From assembly GCA_963760415.1 (NCBI GenBank), contig CAVXDA010000015.1:168184-232183 (forward strand): a stretch of 64,000 nt of DNA, given 5' to 3'. This stretch comes from an uncultured Acidobacteriaceae bacterium (GTDB taxonomy: Bacteria > Acidobacteriota > Terriglobia > Terriglobales > Acidobacteriaceae). The notes under the pieces were generated by a model, which worked only from the letters and a program-made list of their open reading frames with translations, was not told the DNA's origin and did not search any database. Below, one piece after another: positions 9,755 to 20,340 of this stretch; within the stretch, counting starts at the first letter, position 1, and every line of letters begins with the position of its first letter. Position numbers and translations under genes: made by a program.

Positions 9755-12428
9755 CTAGGCGTCGTCCATCTTCCTCTGGTCCTCGGCCGACAACTGCGAC
9801 TTCCCGAGGTTGAACGTCAGCTTGTCGATGCTTCCGGTAAAGCGGAAAGGACAATCATAGGTAAAGTCCACCGGCGTACGAGTGTCGAGCCCGACGTCGA
9901 AGCTCTCGTCGGCGGGCATGAGAAACGGAATGGTGTGCTCCATCGACTTGCGGTCGACCTCTTTGCCATCCACGGTCAGCACGCCGGTACCGCCCTTGCC
10001 GACGCCGGGGCCGTCGTATTTGAAGTCGAAGACGATGGTGTGCTTGCCCTCGCCAAGCGCAGAGCCTCTCCACCGGAAACGCTCCAGGTCCAGCATGTTG
10101 TAAACGAACACCGGCCGGCCTCTGCCGAATCCGAAGATGTCGGTAGCAAACACGAGGAGGAGACCGAGCGCCGCAAGCAGCAGTAGCGCGTAGCCAAACC
10201 GCCTACTCCAGCCTGGCTTACTCCGCCAGAGTAGAAACAATCCCAAAATGAGCAATATCCAACCGATGGTCTTGAACAACCGGCTCTTGAGCCACCAATT
10301 GAAGCTATGCGTCAGATAGAGGCCGTAGCCGCCGATCATTCCGCCCTCGGTTAGCGATCACTCCCTCCGCGCCGCCACTCGGGATCGTCACCTCGGCGGT
10401 GATGGTAAAGTCCCTGCCCAGTATGTTGGGGGCATTGCCGTCGGGGATGTTGGCGTTCTCACCGGTGTAGGTAAAAACGGTTTTTCCGGCGATCGCGCTC
10501 GGTCGCGGTGTAAGCGCGCGCACGAAGCCCGAGTTATCCAGCGGTAAGACCTGGTGGTCCGCTGCCTCTTTCTGGAACAGCGCCTGCATTTCTTTCAGCT
10601 TGTCAGGCATTGTAGCGGCGACGTCGTTTGCTTCGGAATAATCATCCGAGATGTGGTAAAGCTCCCACTTGTATTGATCGAGGGGCGGCATCGCCGTGGT
10701 TCCCAGCTCCCAGGGCGGGGCGGGCGGCGTGGTGGCTGCAACCCAGCCGTCATGATAGATAGCGCGGTTGCCGACCATCTCGAAATACTGGGTTTCGCGT
10801 TTGGACGGCGCATTGGCATTGGCTGAGTCGAAGGTGTAGAGCATGCTCACGCCTTCGATCGGCTTCTGCTTGATGCCGTTGACCATGTCCGGCGCCTGAA
10901 TGCCGGCGGCTTCGAGGATGGTCGGAACGATGTCAATGACATGGTGGAACTGGGTGCGAATCCCGCCCTCGTCCTTGATATGGCCGGGCCAGGAAATGGC
11001 CAGGCCCTGACGGGTGCCGCCGAAATGCGATGCCACCTGCTTGGTCCACTTGAAGGGCGTATCGAACGCCCAGGACCAGGCCACGGACATGTGCGGATAG
11101 GTCTTGTCCGAGCCCCAGTCGTTATAGTGCAATGCGTTCATCGCCAGGACGGGCTTGACCATCGGCATATTGATGATGCCGTTGTAAGCGGTGTACTGAT
11201 TGAAGGTGCCGTACACGCTGCCTTCAGCGCTGGTGCCGTTGTCGCCGTCGATGTAGATAATCAGCGTGTTGTCGAGCTTGCCCATCTTCTGGACCTCGTC
11301 AATCACGCGACCAATCTCATAGTCGGTGTAGGCGGTGTAGGCGGCAAAGACTTCCGCCTCCCGGGCATACATTTTCTTTTCCGCCTCGTTGAGCGAGTCC
11401 CACTTGGGCAACTTGGCGCCACCATACTCCACCTGTCCGTCAGGCCAGGGCGTCAGCGTCGTGTTCTGCGGAATCACGCCCAGCCGCTTCTGGTTTTCGA
11501 AGATCTGTTCGCGCAGCTTTTCCCACCCCATGTCGAACTTGCCGTGGAACTTGTCGATCCATTCCTGGGTTGGCTGGTGGGGCGAGTGCGAGCCGCCGGG
11601 CACGTAATAGAGGAAGAACGGCTTGTCGGGCGCCGCCGCGTTCAGGTCCCGCAGATACTTGATGGCATCGTCGGCCAGGTCAGTGGTCAGGTTGTAGCCG
11701 TGCTTGCCGACCCAGGGATACACCGCCGTTGTGTTGCGGAACAGGTAGGGCGTCCACTGGTCGGTTTCGCCACCCAGAAAGCCATAGAAATACTGGAAGC
11801 CCATGCCGATAGGCCATTGGTCGAAGGGCCCGGCAGTGGTGCTGTATGTGAAGCCCGGCGTGTTGTGGTCTTTGCCGAACCACGAGGTAGCGTAGCCGTT
11901 TTCCTTCAGTATCTCGGCGATGGTGGCGTTATCGGGGCCGATGACGGAGTCATAGCCGGGGTAGCCGGTGGACAATTCGCCGATGACGCCGAAGCCGACC
12001 GAGTGATGATTGCGGCCGGTGATCAGTGCTGCCCGCGTCGGCGAGCAAAGCGCCGTCGAATGGAACTGAATGTAGCGCAGCCCCGCCTTGGCAATGCGGT
12101 CCAGGTTCGGAGTCGGAATGACACCGCCAAAGGTGCCCGGCACACCGTAGCCCTGGTCGTCGGTCATGATGAGCAGCACGTTGGGCGCGCCCTTGGGAGG
12201 CACAATGCGGGGGGGCCACCAGGGCGTGGAGTCCTTGGCGGTTTCCTTGATCACGCCGCCGAACTTCGGAGGCGGTGGCGGAAGTTGCTTTCCGTTGATG
12301 GTAGTCGTGGCGTCGGCCTGACCCAACGTGCCGGTGACCTGCTGGGCGGCCACGCTGCCGCTGCCGAAAAGGCTAGCAATGGCGAACACTCCCAGGGCCA
12401 GGGTTCGATTAGCCGCTCGAAAATTCAT
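9755..12428 (-). pseudogene. Arylsulfatase (formylglycine-type) with one frameshift and an unusual 65-aa two-TM insertion in the C-terminal domain
   Basis: Signal peptide MNFRAANRTLALGVFAIASLFGSGSVAAQQ, then LLIMTDDQGYG and the sulfatase signature CSPTRAALITGRNHH. A 1-bp insertion near 10349 breaks GVIANEGGMIGGYGLYL. The C-terminus reads FVYNMLDLERFRW...GKHTIVFDFKYDGPGVGKGGTGVLTVDGKEV. Confidence 0.85.
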
Positions 12429-13191
12429 GCGATGTCTCCTTGCGAATAGTGCCGGTCCGTCCCCGTCCTCGCAAGGAGTCAGTTGCGATGAGTTGGTTCC
12501 GCTCCCGACGAGCGAAGAATATCCGCCACAAATAAATCGACATACGACCCCACGGTGTTGGCTGGATTGACAAAGACTTTAGACGGTCACCCACAAGAAA
12601 TCAAATCCGAGCCTCATGGATTTACCGATTTGTCACATATCAAGGGATTCGTCACAAGCGACGGGCAAATCGACCTAGAGCCTCCGGATTGGTCCTGCTA
12701 AACGCCGATCGCGACCGCTATTCGTTGACCGGCTCGCTTCGCTTTCCGGATCACAACTTGTATGCCGACTTATGGAGAGTAATATCCCACATGCCGGTTT
12801 GGAGGGAGCTTGAGGGCCGCCGGTCACTTCTCACCATAGCCGACAACACGTCCAAGTGACTTCCCCGAGCGAGATTTCTGGCCTGCGTCAATGAGCCGCT
12901 GTCCGGGTATAGGCAGAGCCGCTCTGGCGGCGACTGGTCACCCACTGTGTGGCGACTGAAGGCCATGCTTCAGGATTACCCACTAGATGGGGATTTCACA
13001 ACACTTATCTGTGCCGACCTCACTTCAATGCGGGTCCCCAAGTCGCGAGAGTGAAGTCCGTCAACCTGCCAAAGGAAGCAAGTGCATTGGGGCGGTTCGG
13101 CGGTGTATAGTGTGGGGCAGTTTCCAGCCCGCAACCTGAATTCCCTTATAACCATCCGCATTGTAACGCGGAGGGTGGATAGGACTGTGTC

Positions 13192-15450
13192 ATGAAGACG
13201 AGAACGGCAAAGACAGCAATCTTGATGCTTGCAATGGCTGCGGTACTGGCGATCGCCCCAGCTTTGGCGCAGGAGAAGAACCCCGAGCGCAACGCCTACT
13301 TCGGGCAAACGCACCAGCACACAAGTTGGTCGCCGGATGCCTACATCTTCGGGAACACGGTTACAGGACCTGAGGAGGCGTATCAGTACTCCATAGGCCT
13401 TCCGATCAAGCATCCCGCTGGCTTCATGGTACAGATCAGGACGCCGCTCGACTTTGAAGGCGTGACCGACCACGCGGAATACGTGGGAGTGATGCGTCTG
13501 GCGAACGACCCCAATTCTCCACTTAGTAAGCTCCCGATTGCTAAGAAGTTGCAGATCCACAGCCAAGCCCAGGCTAACGAAGTATTCCAGTGGCTCGCGA
13601 AGAGCTTGGGTACGGGCGAGCCCATCAAGGAACTGCTCAGTCCCGACATCACGGAGAACATCTGGAAGCAGACTATCGCGGCCGCTGACAAATACAACAA
13701 GCCCGGCAAGTTCACCGCGTTTGTCAGTTACGAGTGGACGTCGATGCCGAACAATCGAAACATGCACCGCAACGTCTTCTTCCGAGACTCGGTACATGTG
13801 CCGGTAGCTCCGTACACATCCATCGATTCACAACATCCCGAAGACCTTTGGGCTTGGATGGATGTTCAGCGCAAGGCGGGCAATGAACTGTTGTGCATCT
13901 CGCACAATGCCAACCTGAGTGACGGTCTGATGTTCCCTATGGATGTGGACAGCAAAGGCCGTCCCATCGACGCCGCCTGGGCAGCTGACCGCCTCAACAA
14001 CGAGGTGCTGACGGAAATTAAGCAGGTCAAAGGCACCTCGGAAACAACTCCTGAACTTTCCCCCACCGACGAGTTCGCCAGCTTTGAACTCATGAACTAC
14101 CTGATCGGTCTCGACAACAGCCACTCCAATCCGCACGGCAGCTACGCGCGAGAGGCCTACAGAAACGGCCTGGCGATGCAGGACACGCGCGGCTACAACC
14201 CCTACAAGTTCGGTTTTGTAGGCGCGGGCGATTCGCACAATACGGCTTCGGCCTACAGCCAGTCTAACTACTTCGGCGATCACGCAATGATCGATCCTAC
14301 GCCCGAGATTCGCCTGTCGGGCAAGGTGGTGTCTGGCATGACGATCATTCAGACCGGAACCTCCGGGCTAGGTGGCGTGTGGGCGGAGGAAAACACTCGG
14401 GCGTCAATCTTCGACGCAATGAAGCGCAAGGAGACTTTTGGTACCTCCGGCGTTCGAATCAGAGTGCGACTGTTCGGTGGCTGGGAGTACAGTCCGGATG
14501 TTTTGAACTCGAAGGACTGGGTAAAAACCGGTTATGCAAAAGGCGTCCCGATGGGAGGCGACCTTCCTGCGAGAAAAGGGAACGCACCAACATTCATCGT
14601 CTGGGCAGTAAAAGATCCAAAGGACGGTAATCTCGAACGCATTCAGATCATCAAGGGCTGGAGCAAGAGCGGCCAGAGTTTCGAGAAGGTCTACGATGTG
14701 GTCTGGTCCGGCGACCGCAAGCCCGATCCGGCCACCGGGAAAGTCCCGGCAGTTGGGAATACAGTGGATGTCAAGAACGCGAGCTACACCGACACCATCG
14801 GCGCGGTGGAACTGAAAAAGGTCTGGACAGACCCCGATTTCGATCCCACGCTGAATGCGTTTTATTATGCGCGCGTGATCCAGATTCCGACGCCGCGATG
14901 GAGCACTTTCGATGCCAAGAAGTTGGGAGTGGCGCCGCCCACATCCGTCCCCTCTTCAATTCAAGAACGTGCCTGGACCTCGCCGATCTGGTACACGCCC
15001 GCAAAGCAGGATGCTCGTGAAGGCAATAAGCAGCAGGGCGTGACCGTTGCCGATCTGCGACGAAAAGGAGCAATGCCACTTAACAACGCTCAGCTTAACG
15101 AGCTACTGGTTGGAAAATCCCTTTGGATGCGAAACACGGTTACTGGCGGACGCTACGAGAGCGTCTATCAGAAGGACGGGCTTGTTCTGACCGCCCACGT
15201 TAGCAAGAACGCCATCACCGAAACGGAAGTGGGCAAATTGCCGGCCGCATATTCAATCCAGAACGGCAAGGTCGTCTCGTCAATTGGAAATACGGCTTTC
15301 GATCTGACTTTTTACAAGATGGGTGGCGCATATTATGCCGCGCGCAGCGACGAGTTCGGCTACGCCAATTACCAGATCACGGCCACGCCGCCTGTAAGCC
15401 TAGCTGCACTCCGCAATGGCAGGGCGAAGGAACACGAAAAGGGCAACTAG
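13192..15450 (+). CDS. DUF3604-like secreted protein
   Basis: 752 aa with signal peptide MKTRTAKTAILMLAMAAVLAIAPALA. The N-terminal metal-site-like AYFGQTHQHTSWSPDAY, then FEGVTDHAEY and YEWTSMPNNRNMHRNVFF, are typical of DUF3604 from memory. Confidence 0.6.
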   Translation: MKTRTAKTAILMLAMAAVLAIAPALAQEKNPERNAYFGQTHQHTSWSPDAYIFGNTVTGPEEAYQYSIGLPIKHPAGFMVQIRTPLDFEGVTDHAEYVGVMRLANDPNSPLSKLPIAKKLQIHSQAQANEVFQWLAKSLGTGEPIKELLSPDITENIWKQTIAAADKYNKPGKFTAFVSYEWTSMPNNRNMHRNVFFRDSVHVPVAPYTSIDSQHPEDLWAWMDVQRKAGNELLCISHNANLSDGLMFPMDVDSKGRPIDAAWAADRLNNEVLTEIKQVKGTSETTPELSPTDEFASFELMNYLIGLDNSHSNPHGSYAREAYRNGLAMQDTRGYNPYKFGFVGAGDSHNTASAYSQSNYFGDHAMIDPTPEIRLSGKVVSGMTIIQTGTSGLGGVWAEENTRASIFDAMKRKETFGTSGVRIRVRLFGGWEYSPDVLNSKDWVKTGYAKGVPMGGDLPARKGNAPTFIVWAVKDPKDGNLERIQIIKGWSKSGQSFEKVYDVVWSGDRKPDPATGKVPAVGNTVDVKNASYTDTIGAVELKKVWTDPDFDPTLNAFYYARVIQIPTPRWSTFDAKKLGVAPPTSVPSSIQERAWTSPIWYTPAKQDAREGNKQQGVTVADLRRKGAMPLNNAQLNELLVGKSLWMRNTVTGGRYESVYQKDGLVLTAHVSKNAITETEVGKLPAAYSIQNGKVVSSIGNTAFDLTFYKMGGAYYAARSDEFGYANYQITATPPVSLAALRNGRAKEHEKGN

Positions 15451-15565
15451 AATTAACACTTCCAAAGTAGCGAGGTTCAAGACTGTCGGACTGTCAGGGT
15501 GCGTCTCAATCCGGCGCGGGCGACGCTTCGCTCTCCTCTGCCAGAGTTTTCATTGCGCGAGCGGC

Positions 15566-17002
15566 TCACTTCGCCTGTTCGATGACCGCCTCCACCTTTC
15601 CATTGTGGATCGCGCGTTTGAGCGCAGCGTGGTCTGATTCGTTCTGGTCGGCGTAGGCAACGGCGAAGGCGGCCACCGCTTTGTCGAACGTGTCGCTCTT
15701 ACCCAGGTAGCCGCTGATCAGCGGAGGCTTACCGGAGCGTGCATGGGACAGCGCCAGCGAGTAGCCGCACCATTGGGTAAAGAGGCTCATCTGGGCCGCC
15801 CCGAACGTCTCGACGGCAAACTTGATCTTGACGTCCCGGAGCTGGCGGAGATAGAAGTTACGTCCTCTCCTGCCCTCCGTCCAGCCGAGAAAGATGTCGC
15901 TGGACGGCTGCATGAGCCGGAGGCCGTTCACTACACGCTGTCCATGGTTCGGGTAAACGCTCTTTCCCGCAAAGCCCTCCAGTACCGAGGCGCGCGCCTC
16001 CTTCACTTGGAGAATGAGAGGATCTCCCGCTTTGCGGGCCGTCAGTAGAATCATCCAGCAAGCCGTGCCGACGCTCCCGACGCCGACGACCTTTAGAGCA
16101 GCGTCCACCATCTCGTAGCGGTCGAGCAACATGCGATGAGCTGGCGTCAGGGTTTCTAGGTACCGGTCGAAGCCCTGCTTGACTTCCCAGTGGATCTCGC
16201 CGGCGGTGTGACCTTCCCAGTGGTAGATGGCCGGAAGCTGGTCTTTGAAGTGCTTCGCCCCGCCCGAAGCGTCCACGAGCTTGGGGAAGAGGCCTTCGGA
16301 GGTGGCGCTCTCACGGGCCTTCGCCAAGCGCTTGATGGCGAGGCGACGGATATCGGCATCCTTGATGCCCGCGATCAGCATGTTGGCCTCGATGGAGAAG
16401 TACCACAGGTCTAGCACCTTCATTTCGGCGAACTCCACCATGCGCTCGCGGTACGACCTGACACAGCCAAGGACCGCGTCCTTGGCTGTGGATTCGCTGA
16501 GGCCGTTGTCGCGGCAGGCGACCACGATGCTCGCCGCCAGACGCTTGAGGTCCCACTCCCAAGGCGCCGGGAGGGTTTCATCGAGGTCGTTGAGGGCGAA
16601 GATCACTTGCCTCTCCGCGGTGGCGAGGCCCCGGAAGTTGACCAAATGGGAGTCTCCGCCGCATTGCACGCGTAAGCCGGATGACGGAGTGCCTGCCAGA
16701 TCCTGCGCCATAGTGAACGCCGAGCCCCGGTAGAAAGTGAACGGAGATTGGACCATGCGCCCGTGACGAAGCGGAACGAGATCGGGTATGCGCCCCTTGT
16801 CGGTCTCCAGCACCACGCGGACCGGATCCGGTCGGTTGCCCGGAGGTTTCCATTCGGCGTGGGACGCTCGCGGACACTTGTCCCGCAACGCTTTGCCCAT
16901 CGCCATAAGCTCCGCTAGTGAGTACTGTGCTGGAGAGGATTGGGCCTGACTCTTGACGGGTTGGCGGGACTTTGGAGTCGGGCGTGTGGCTGCGTGTGAC
17001 AT
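15566..17002 (-). CDS. DUF2252 domain-containing protein
   Basis: LVPLRHGRMVQSPFTFYRGSAFTMAQDLAGTPSSGLRVQCGGDSHLVNFRG...FALNDLDETLPAPWEWDLKRLAAS. I chose the ATG at 17002 (preceded by aagggag); the ORF extends to an alternative start at 17029. Confidence 0.7.
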   Translation of the reverse strand: MSHAATRPTPKSRQPVKSQAQSSPAQYSLAELMAMGKALRDKCPRASHAEWKPPGNRPDPVRVVLETDKGRIPDLVPLRHGRMVQSPFTFYRGSAFTMAQDLAGTPSSGLRVQCGGDSHLVNFRGLATAERQVIFALNDLDETLPAPWEWDLKRLAASIVVACRDNGLSESTAKDAVLGCVRSYRERMVEFAEMKVLDLWYFSIEANMLIAGIKDADIRRLAIKRLAKARESATSEGLFPKLVDASGGAKHFKDQLPAIYHWEGHTAGEIHWEVKQGFDRYLETLTPAHRMLLDRYEMVDAALKVVGVGSVGTACWMILLTARKAGDPLILQVKEARASVLEGFAGKSVYPNHGQRVVNGLRLMQPSSDIFLGWTEGRRGRNFYLRQLRDVKIKFAVETFGAAQMSLFTQWCGYSLALSHARSGKPPLISGYLGKSDTFDKAVAAFAVAYADQNESDHAALKRAIHNGKVEAVIEQAK

Positions 17003-17354
17003 GGTGACGCTCCCTTGCTCGGCCTCCAAGATACACCTAGGCCTCCTCTTTGAGTAACGGGTTTGTCACAAACAACTGTGTGATGGAGCTCACAAGATGA
17101 ACGAATTGCGCTTCGATCACGGGCAAGGAAGTTGGCCCTACTTGATACCTGTCGAAATCAGGCCAACTCGCACCCTATCTAAACCGGATGGAATATGTTC
17201 CTCGGGAGTCGGCCAGCATCAGGTGAACGCACGGCACGCCAACTTGCCGTATAACGCCCTACTCGTAGAACTGAGCCGACGCGGGCCCGAAGTCGGTTTG
17301 TGGGAAGTTTCACCACATAGGTAACGACAAACGCGCTTTCGTCCAGGAATGGGT

Positions 17355-17463
17355 GGTTACCCTCTGCCAAAATGTTACGAAAGTACAGTTACCCGACCTG
17401 TACCTTCGTAACTTGACCGTGTCGAGTCAGGCCGTACACTGACGATGAGAGCCTTAGTGTCTC
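17355..17463 (+). repeat. 109-bp hairpin-containing repeat (family C), copy 1. Its inverted partner is at 32226-32334.
   Basis: ggttaccctctgccaaaatgttacgaaagtacagttacccgacctgtaccttcgtaacttgac...tacactgacgatgagagccttagtgtctc. The central 58 nt differ at one base from the reverse complement of 32272-32329. The hairpin is 17374-17388 / 17398-17412. Confidence 0.8.
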
Positions 17464-17822
17464 TGCGCCCGCGGGTGCCCGAAAAAGGTTCGCCAGCGCT
17501 CGTGATCTTTGAAAAGTCGGACGGGGGGATGATAACCAATTTGGTAATATCCACACCGTGTTTGTTCCCTTCCGCGCCGTGCTGCGGACTGAGGGCCGGA
17601 CAAATAGCAGGCACTAAGTGCTTGCGGTTCAATTAACTACGTGTAAACCGCTGGGGTTCAATTATTTGCCGGGAAAAAGTTCGTAATCGCATGATTCTAA
17701 ACAAGAGGGGGAGGGGGTGGGGTAGCTATTCTGATAATGTGCCGTCCCAAAACGGGAAAGTTGGAAACCCCACAATAGTGTTTGCAGTTCGGTAAACAGT
17801 GCGGAGCTGAACCGGAAAATAG

Positions 17823-19070
17823 CTATTCGCGCTTCACTGGCGGATTCTTTTCTAGGCTCTTGCCGACCGCGTCCGTTACCAGAGCGTTGCCCGCCGCGTT
17901 GTAGTGCTCATCGCCGAAGATGAAGTCGTTCAGGTACCAGCATCCGGGTTGGCCTTGCGGGCATTGGTTCTTAACCGCAAAAAATGCCGGGAAAACCGAG
18001 ATGAAGCTCTTGCACTTTCCCGCGCACCAGTCGCGCCACATGAGCACTTGCTTGGAATCGATTGTGTCGTGCGCGATCTGCGCTGGCCAGGGATAGACGA
18101 CGACGCTGAGCGGGATGTTCCGTTTTTGGAGGTCTTGCCAAAGCAGCGTCATCTTGGACTCTTCCTTGGCGAGGCCGGCTTGGAGTCCGAGCGGCGCATA
18201 GCCTATCTCATAAGGCTCGGTGTCGGAGACGGGCCGATAGGTCCAGGCCGAGCGCTCCAAATCGAACAGCGGACCATGCCCGAAGTTCAGGTGGTAAAAG
18301 CCATGCTTGACCGACGCGCGCTCCAGGAAACCGGCGACTGTGTTGGTCAGCAGAAGATGCTCGGTGATGTATGCCCGCAGATTCGCGTACCAGCCGCCGT
18401 TGTGGATGATCTGCTGCGGTCCGTCCACGGCGCCCGAGGCATCGATGTCGCGGTAGAATGCGGCCTCGTCCTGCGCATCGGACATGTCAATGAAGACGAT
18501 GACTTCGTCGAACTTTACGCCCTTGTCGAGCAGGGCCCGCGCTACATTCAGGTAGTTGGAAGGCGAGTAGCTCTCGACGGCGCCGTTGAGGAATTCGTAT
18601 TGCGGGAAGCGCGCCACGATTTGCCCCACGTAACTATCGGGCCACGAGCTCATGCCTTCAGTGAAACTGTCGCCCAGCAGCAGAATGCGCGGCCGCGTTC
18701 CGGCGAGAGGAACTTGACGGATACTCTCATCGCGAAACCCAAGGCTGTTCGTAGCAAACGGATACGACGCTTTGCCCCAGTGTCGTTCACAACTGCAGTT
18801 GGGCTCAAGCGAATGATGGCGGACCGGATCGCGCATGAAACAGGTGCTCTGTGGGCTGATTGGCGCTTTGGAGCGCAGCACCCAGGTTGTCCACAGCCAG
18901 TCGAGGGCAAAAAAGAGCAGCAGGCTGATAAGGAACGAGAACAGAAGAAGATTAAGCTTGCTCGGCGGTGGCCGATGTGGAGGTCCCGGGACGGATTCAC
19001 TCTGCCTCAGCTCATTGGCCGTGCTTCCCAACACTCGGTATCCTTTGTGGCAATGCTTGAGGCGGCGCAC
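17823..19070 (-). CDS. SGNH/GDSL-like hydrolase family protein with an N-terminal membrane anchor
   Basis: 415 aa with TM helix LNLLLFSFLISLLLFFALDWLW and a block-I-like ILLLGDSFTEGM. The rest resembles AlgJ/AlgX-type SGNH proteins. The family call is tentative. Confidence 0.5.
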   Translation of the reverse strand: MRRLKHCHKGYRVLGSTANELRQSESVPGPPHRPPPSKLNLLLFSFLISLLLFFALDWLWTTWVLRSKAPISPQSTCFMRDPVRHHSLEPNCSCERHWGKASYPFATNSLGFRDESIRQVPLAGTRPRILLLGDSFTEGMSSWPDSYVGQIVARFPQYEFLNGAVESYSPSNYLNVARALLDKGVKFDEVIVFIDMSDAQDEAAFYRDIDASGAVDGPQQIIHNGGWYANLRAYITEHLLLTNTVAGFLERASVKHGFYHLNFGHGPLFDLERSAWTYRPVSDTEPYEIGYAPLGLQAGLAKEESKMTLLWQDLQKRNIPLSVVVYPWPAQIAHDTIDSKQVLMWRDWCAGKCKSFISVFPAFFAVKNQCPQGQPGCWYLNDFIFGDEHYNAAGNALVTDAVGKSLEKNPPVKRE

Positions 19071-19215
19071 TGCCGCGAGCTGATTTTACCGCACAAACGC
19101 CGCGGGCCGGGATGAACTCTCCGGCACTCACGATGGAAAGTTGGATGCCGGAGAAAGGGGACTATTTGATGGGCGTGAGTCAGCGAAAACCGGGACGACC
19201 GTGGTCTGCGGCGTT

Positions 19216-19224
19216 TGTTATAAT
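19216..19224 (+). promoter_or_regulatory. Extended -10 promoter element (TGnTATAAT) upstream of tRNA-Arg
   Basis: tgttataat is a perfect TATAAT with an upstream TG. It ends 20 nt before the first base of the tRNA. The -35 region is weak. Confidence 0.4.
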
Positions 19225-19244
19225 GACTGTCGCCGCACGTTTGC

Positions 19245-19321
19245 GCGCCCTTAGCTCAGCTGGATAGAGCGTCTGGCTACGAACCAGAAGGTCGGGAGTT
19301 CGAATCTCTCAGGGCGCGCCA
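19245..19321 (+). tRNA. tRNA-Arg (anticodon ACG)
   Basis: Manual cloverleaf: acceptor gcgccct/agggcgc, D arm gctc-agctggat-agagc, anticodon stem tctgg/ccaga with loop ctACGaa, T arm gggag-ttcgaat-ctctc, discriminator g, and an encoded CCA. Confidence 0.93.
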
Positions 19322-19344
19322 TTTTGAACCTCACACACCTCAAA

Positions 19345-20247
19345 TCACCCTTCCGCTACGCTAGCTGGATAATCCCGCAACAGGGCCAGAAATGCCTGCG
19401 CCGCGTTGGAGAGATGCTTGTCTTTGCGGCGAACGTACAGATACTCAAGACTGTCATCAATGTCGGCCAATGGACGCGCTAAAAGGCAGCCATCCGCAAT
19501 CTCTCTCCGTACCACGCTTCTGGCCTGGATCGATACACCAAGCCCCGCTTCCACAGCGTGCTTGACGCCTTCAAGGTTGCCGAAGTCGAGCAAGTTCTGC
19601 AACTGAGGTCCCTTCTCGTGAAGTCGCTCTTCCAGCACCGCGCGCGTGCCCGCGCCTTGCGCCGCCACAATGAAGGTCTCTCCGAGCAGGTCTTGTGGCG
19701 TGACGCGATGCTTGGCTGCCCAATGATGATTGACCGGGAAGATCGCCACCAGTTGGTCGGTCATGAACTCCTGCGACAGCAGCCTGGAATCGTTAGCTCG
19801 ATGAGTGACCAGGCCAAGATCCAATCTGTTGCTCAGGATCCTGGCGTTGACCTTCTCGCTAAGAGATATCTCCAACACCACCTCGACCGCCGGATAACTC
19901 TCCCGGAACGCGGCCAGGACTTGCGGCAGGATGTAAACCCCGATCGGGAAGCTGGTTCCCAGCACGAGTTTGCCGCCGCGCAGTCCTTTCAAGTCGTCGA
20001 TTCTCTGCTCAGCATTCTCGATGGAAACGGTCACTTCCTGGCTTGCGGCGAACAGAATTTCACCGGCTTGCGTCAGGGCGACCTTTTTTCCCAGTCTGTC
20101 GAATAGAGGGATGCCGTAATACTCCTCCATCTGCTTGACGTGCTTGCTGATGCCAGGCTGCGTCAGATGTACCGCTTCGGCCGCGCGAGTGAAGCTGCGA
20201 GTCTGGGCCACCGCTTGGAAAATCCGTAACTGGCTGAGATTAATCAT
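19345..20247 (-). CDS. LysR-family transcriptional regulator
   Basis: MINLSQLRIFQAVAQTRSFTRAAEAVHLTQPGISKHVKQMEEYYGIPLFDRLGKKVALTQAGE is a LysR wHTH, followed by a LysR substrate-binding domain. 300 aa. Confidence 0.92.
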   Translation of the reverse strand: MINLSQLRIFQAVAQTRSFTRAAEAVHLTQPGISKHVKQMEEYYGIPLFDRLGKKVALTQAGEILFAASQEVTVSIENAEQRIDDLKGLRGGKLVLGTSFPIGVYILPQVLAAFRESYPAVEVVLEISLSEKVNARILSNRLDLGLVTHRANDSRLLSQEFMTDQLVAIFPVNHHWAAKHRVTPQDLLGETFIVAAQGAGTRAVLEERLHEKGPQLQNLLDFGNLEGVKHAVEAGLGVSIQARSVVRREIADGCLLARPLADIDDSLEYLYVRRKDKHLSNAAQAFLALLRDYPASVAEG

Positions 20248-20340
20248 GAGATATAGTTATCGTTATCATTAAAACAATTCATTTGATTCATGGCAACGCT
20301 TTTTGTAACCTTGCTGCGGTCAAACAAATAGGAGGATGTC

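Noticed and set aside
10941-12449. Long antisense ORFs opposite recognised genes: a 502-aa plus-strand ORF opposite the sulfatase, and also 12976-13797(-), 17904-19115(+), 21735-23441(-), 29123-30664(-), 46801-48246(-), 56352-57566(-) and 61591-62565(-).
   Set aside because: Each overlaps a gene with strong family motifs on the other strand, and each has a biased, motif-free composition. I treat them as GC-driven spurious ORFs.
12430-13191. A 760-bp gene-free interval between the sulfatase and DUF3604 genes (with a 71-aa minus-strand ORF at 12751-12966), considered as a possible ncRNA, riboswitch or mobile-element remnant.
   Set aside because: I recognise no riboswitch or RNA-family motif, find no repeat partners in the window, and the ORF has no recognisable features. 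It is left unannotated.
17495-17530. gatctttgaaaagtcggacgggggg resembles the RNase P RNA 'GGAAAGUCCGG' core, so the 0.8-kb gene-free interval might hide an RNase P, tmRNA, SRP or 6S RNA gene.
   Set aside because: The match is only partial, and none of the other universally conserved helices or motifs of these RNAs can be traced around it. The same segment recurs in the second repeat copy (about 32130-32150), which fits a repeat element better.
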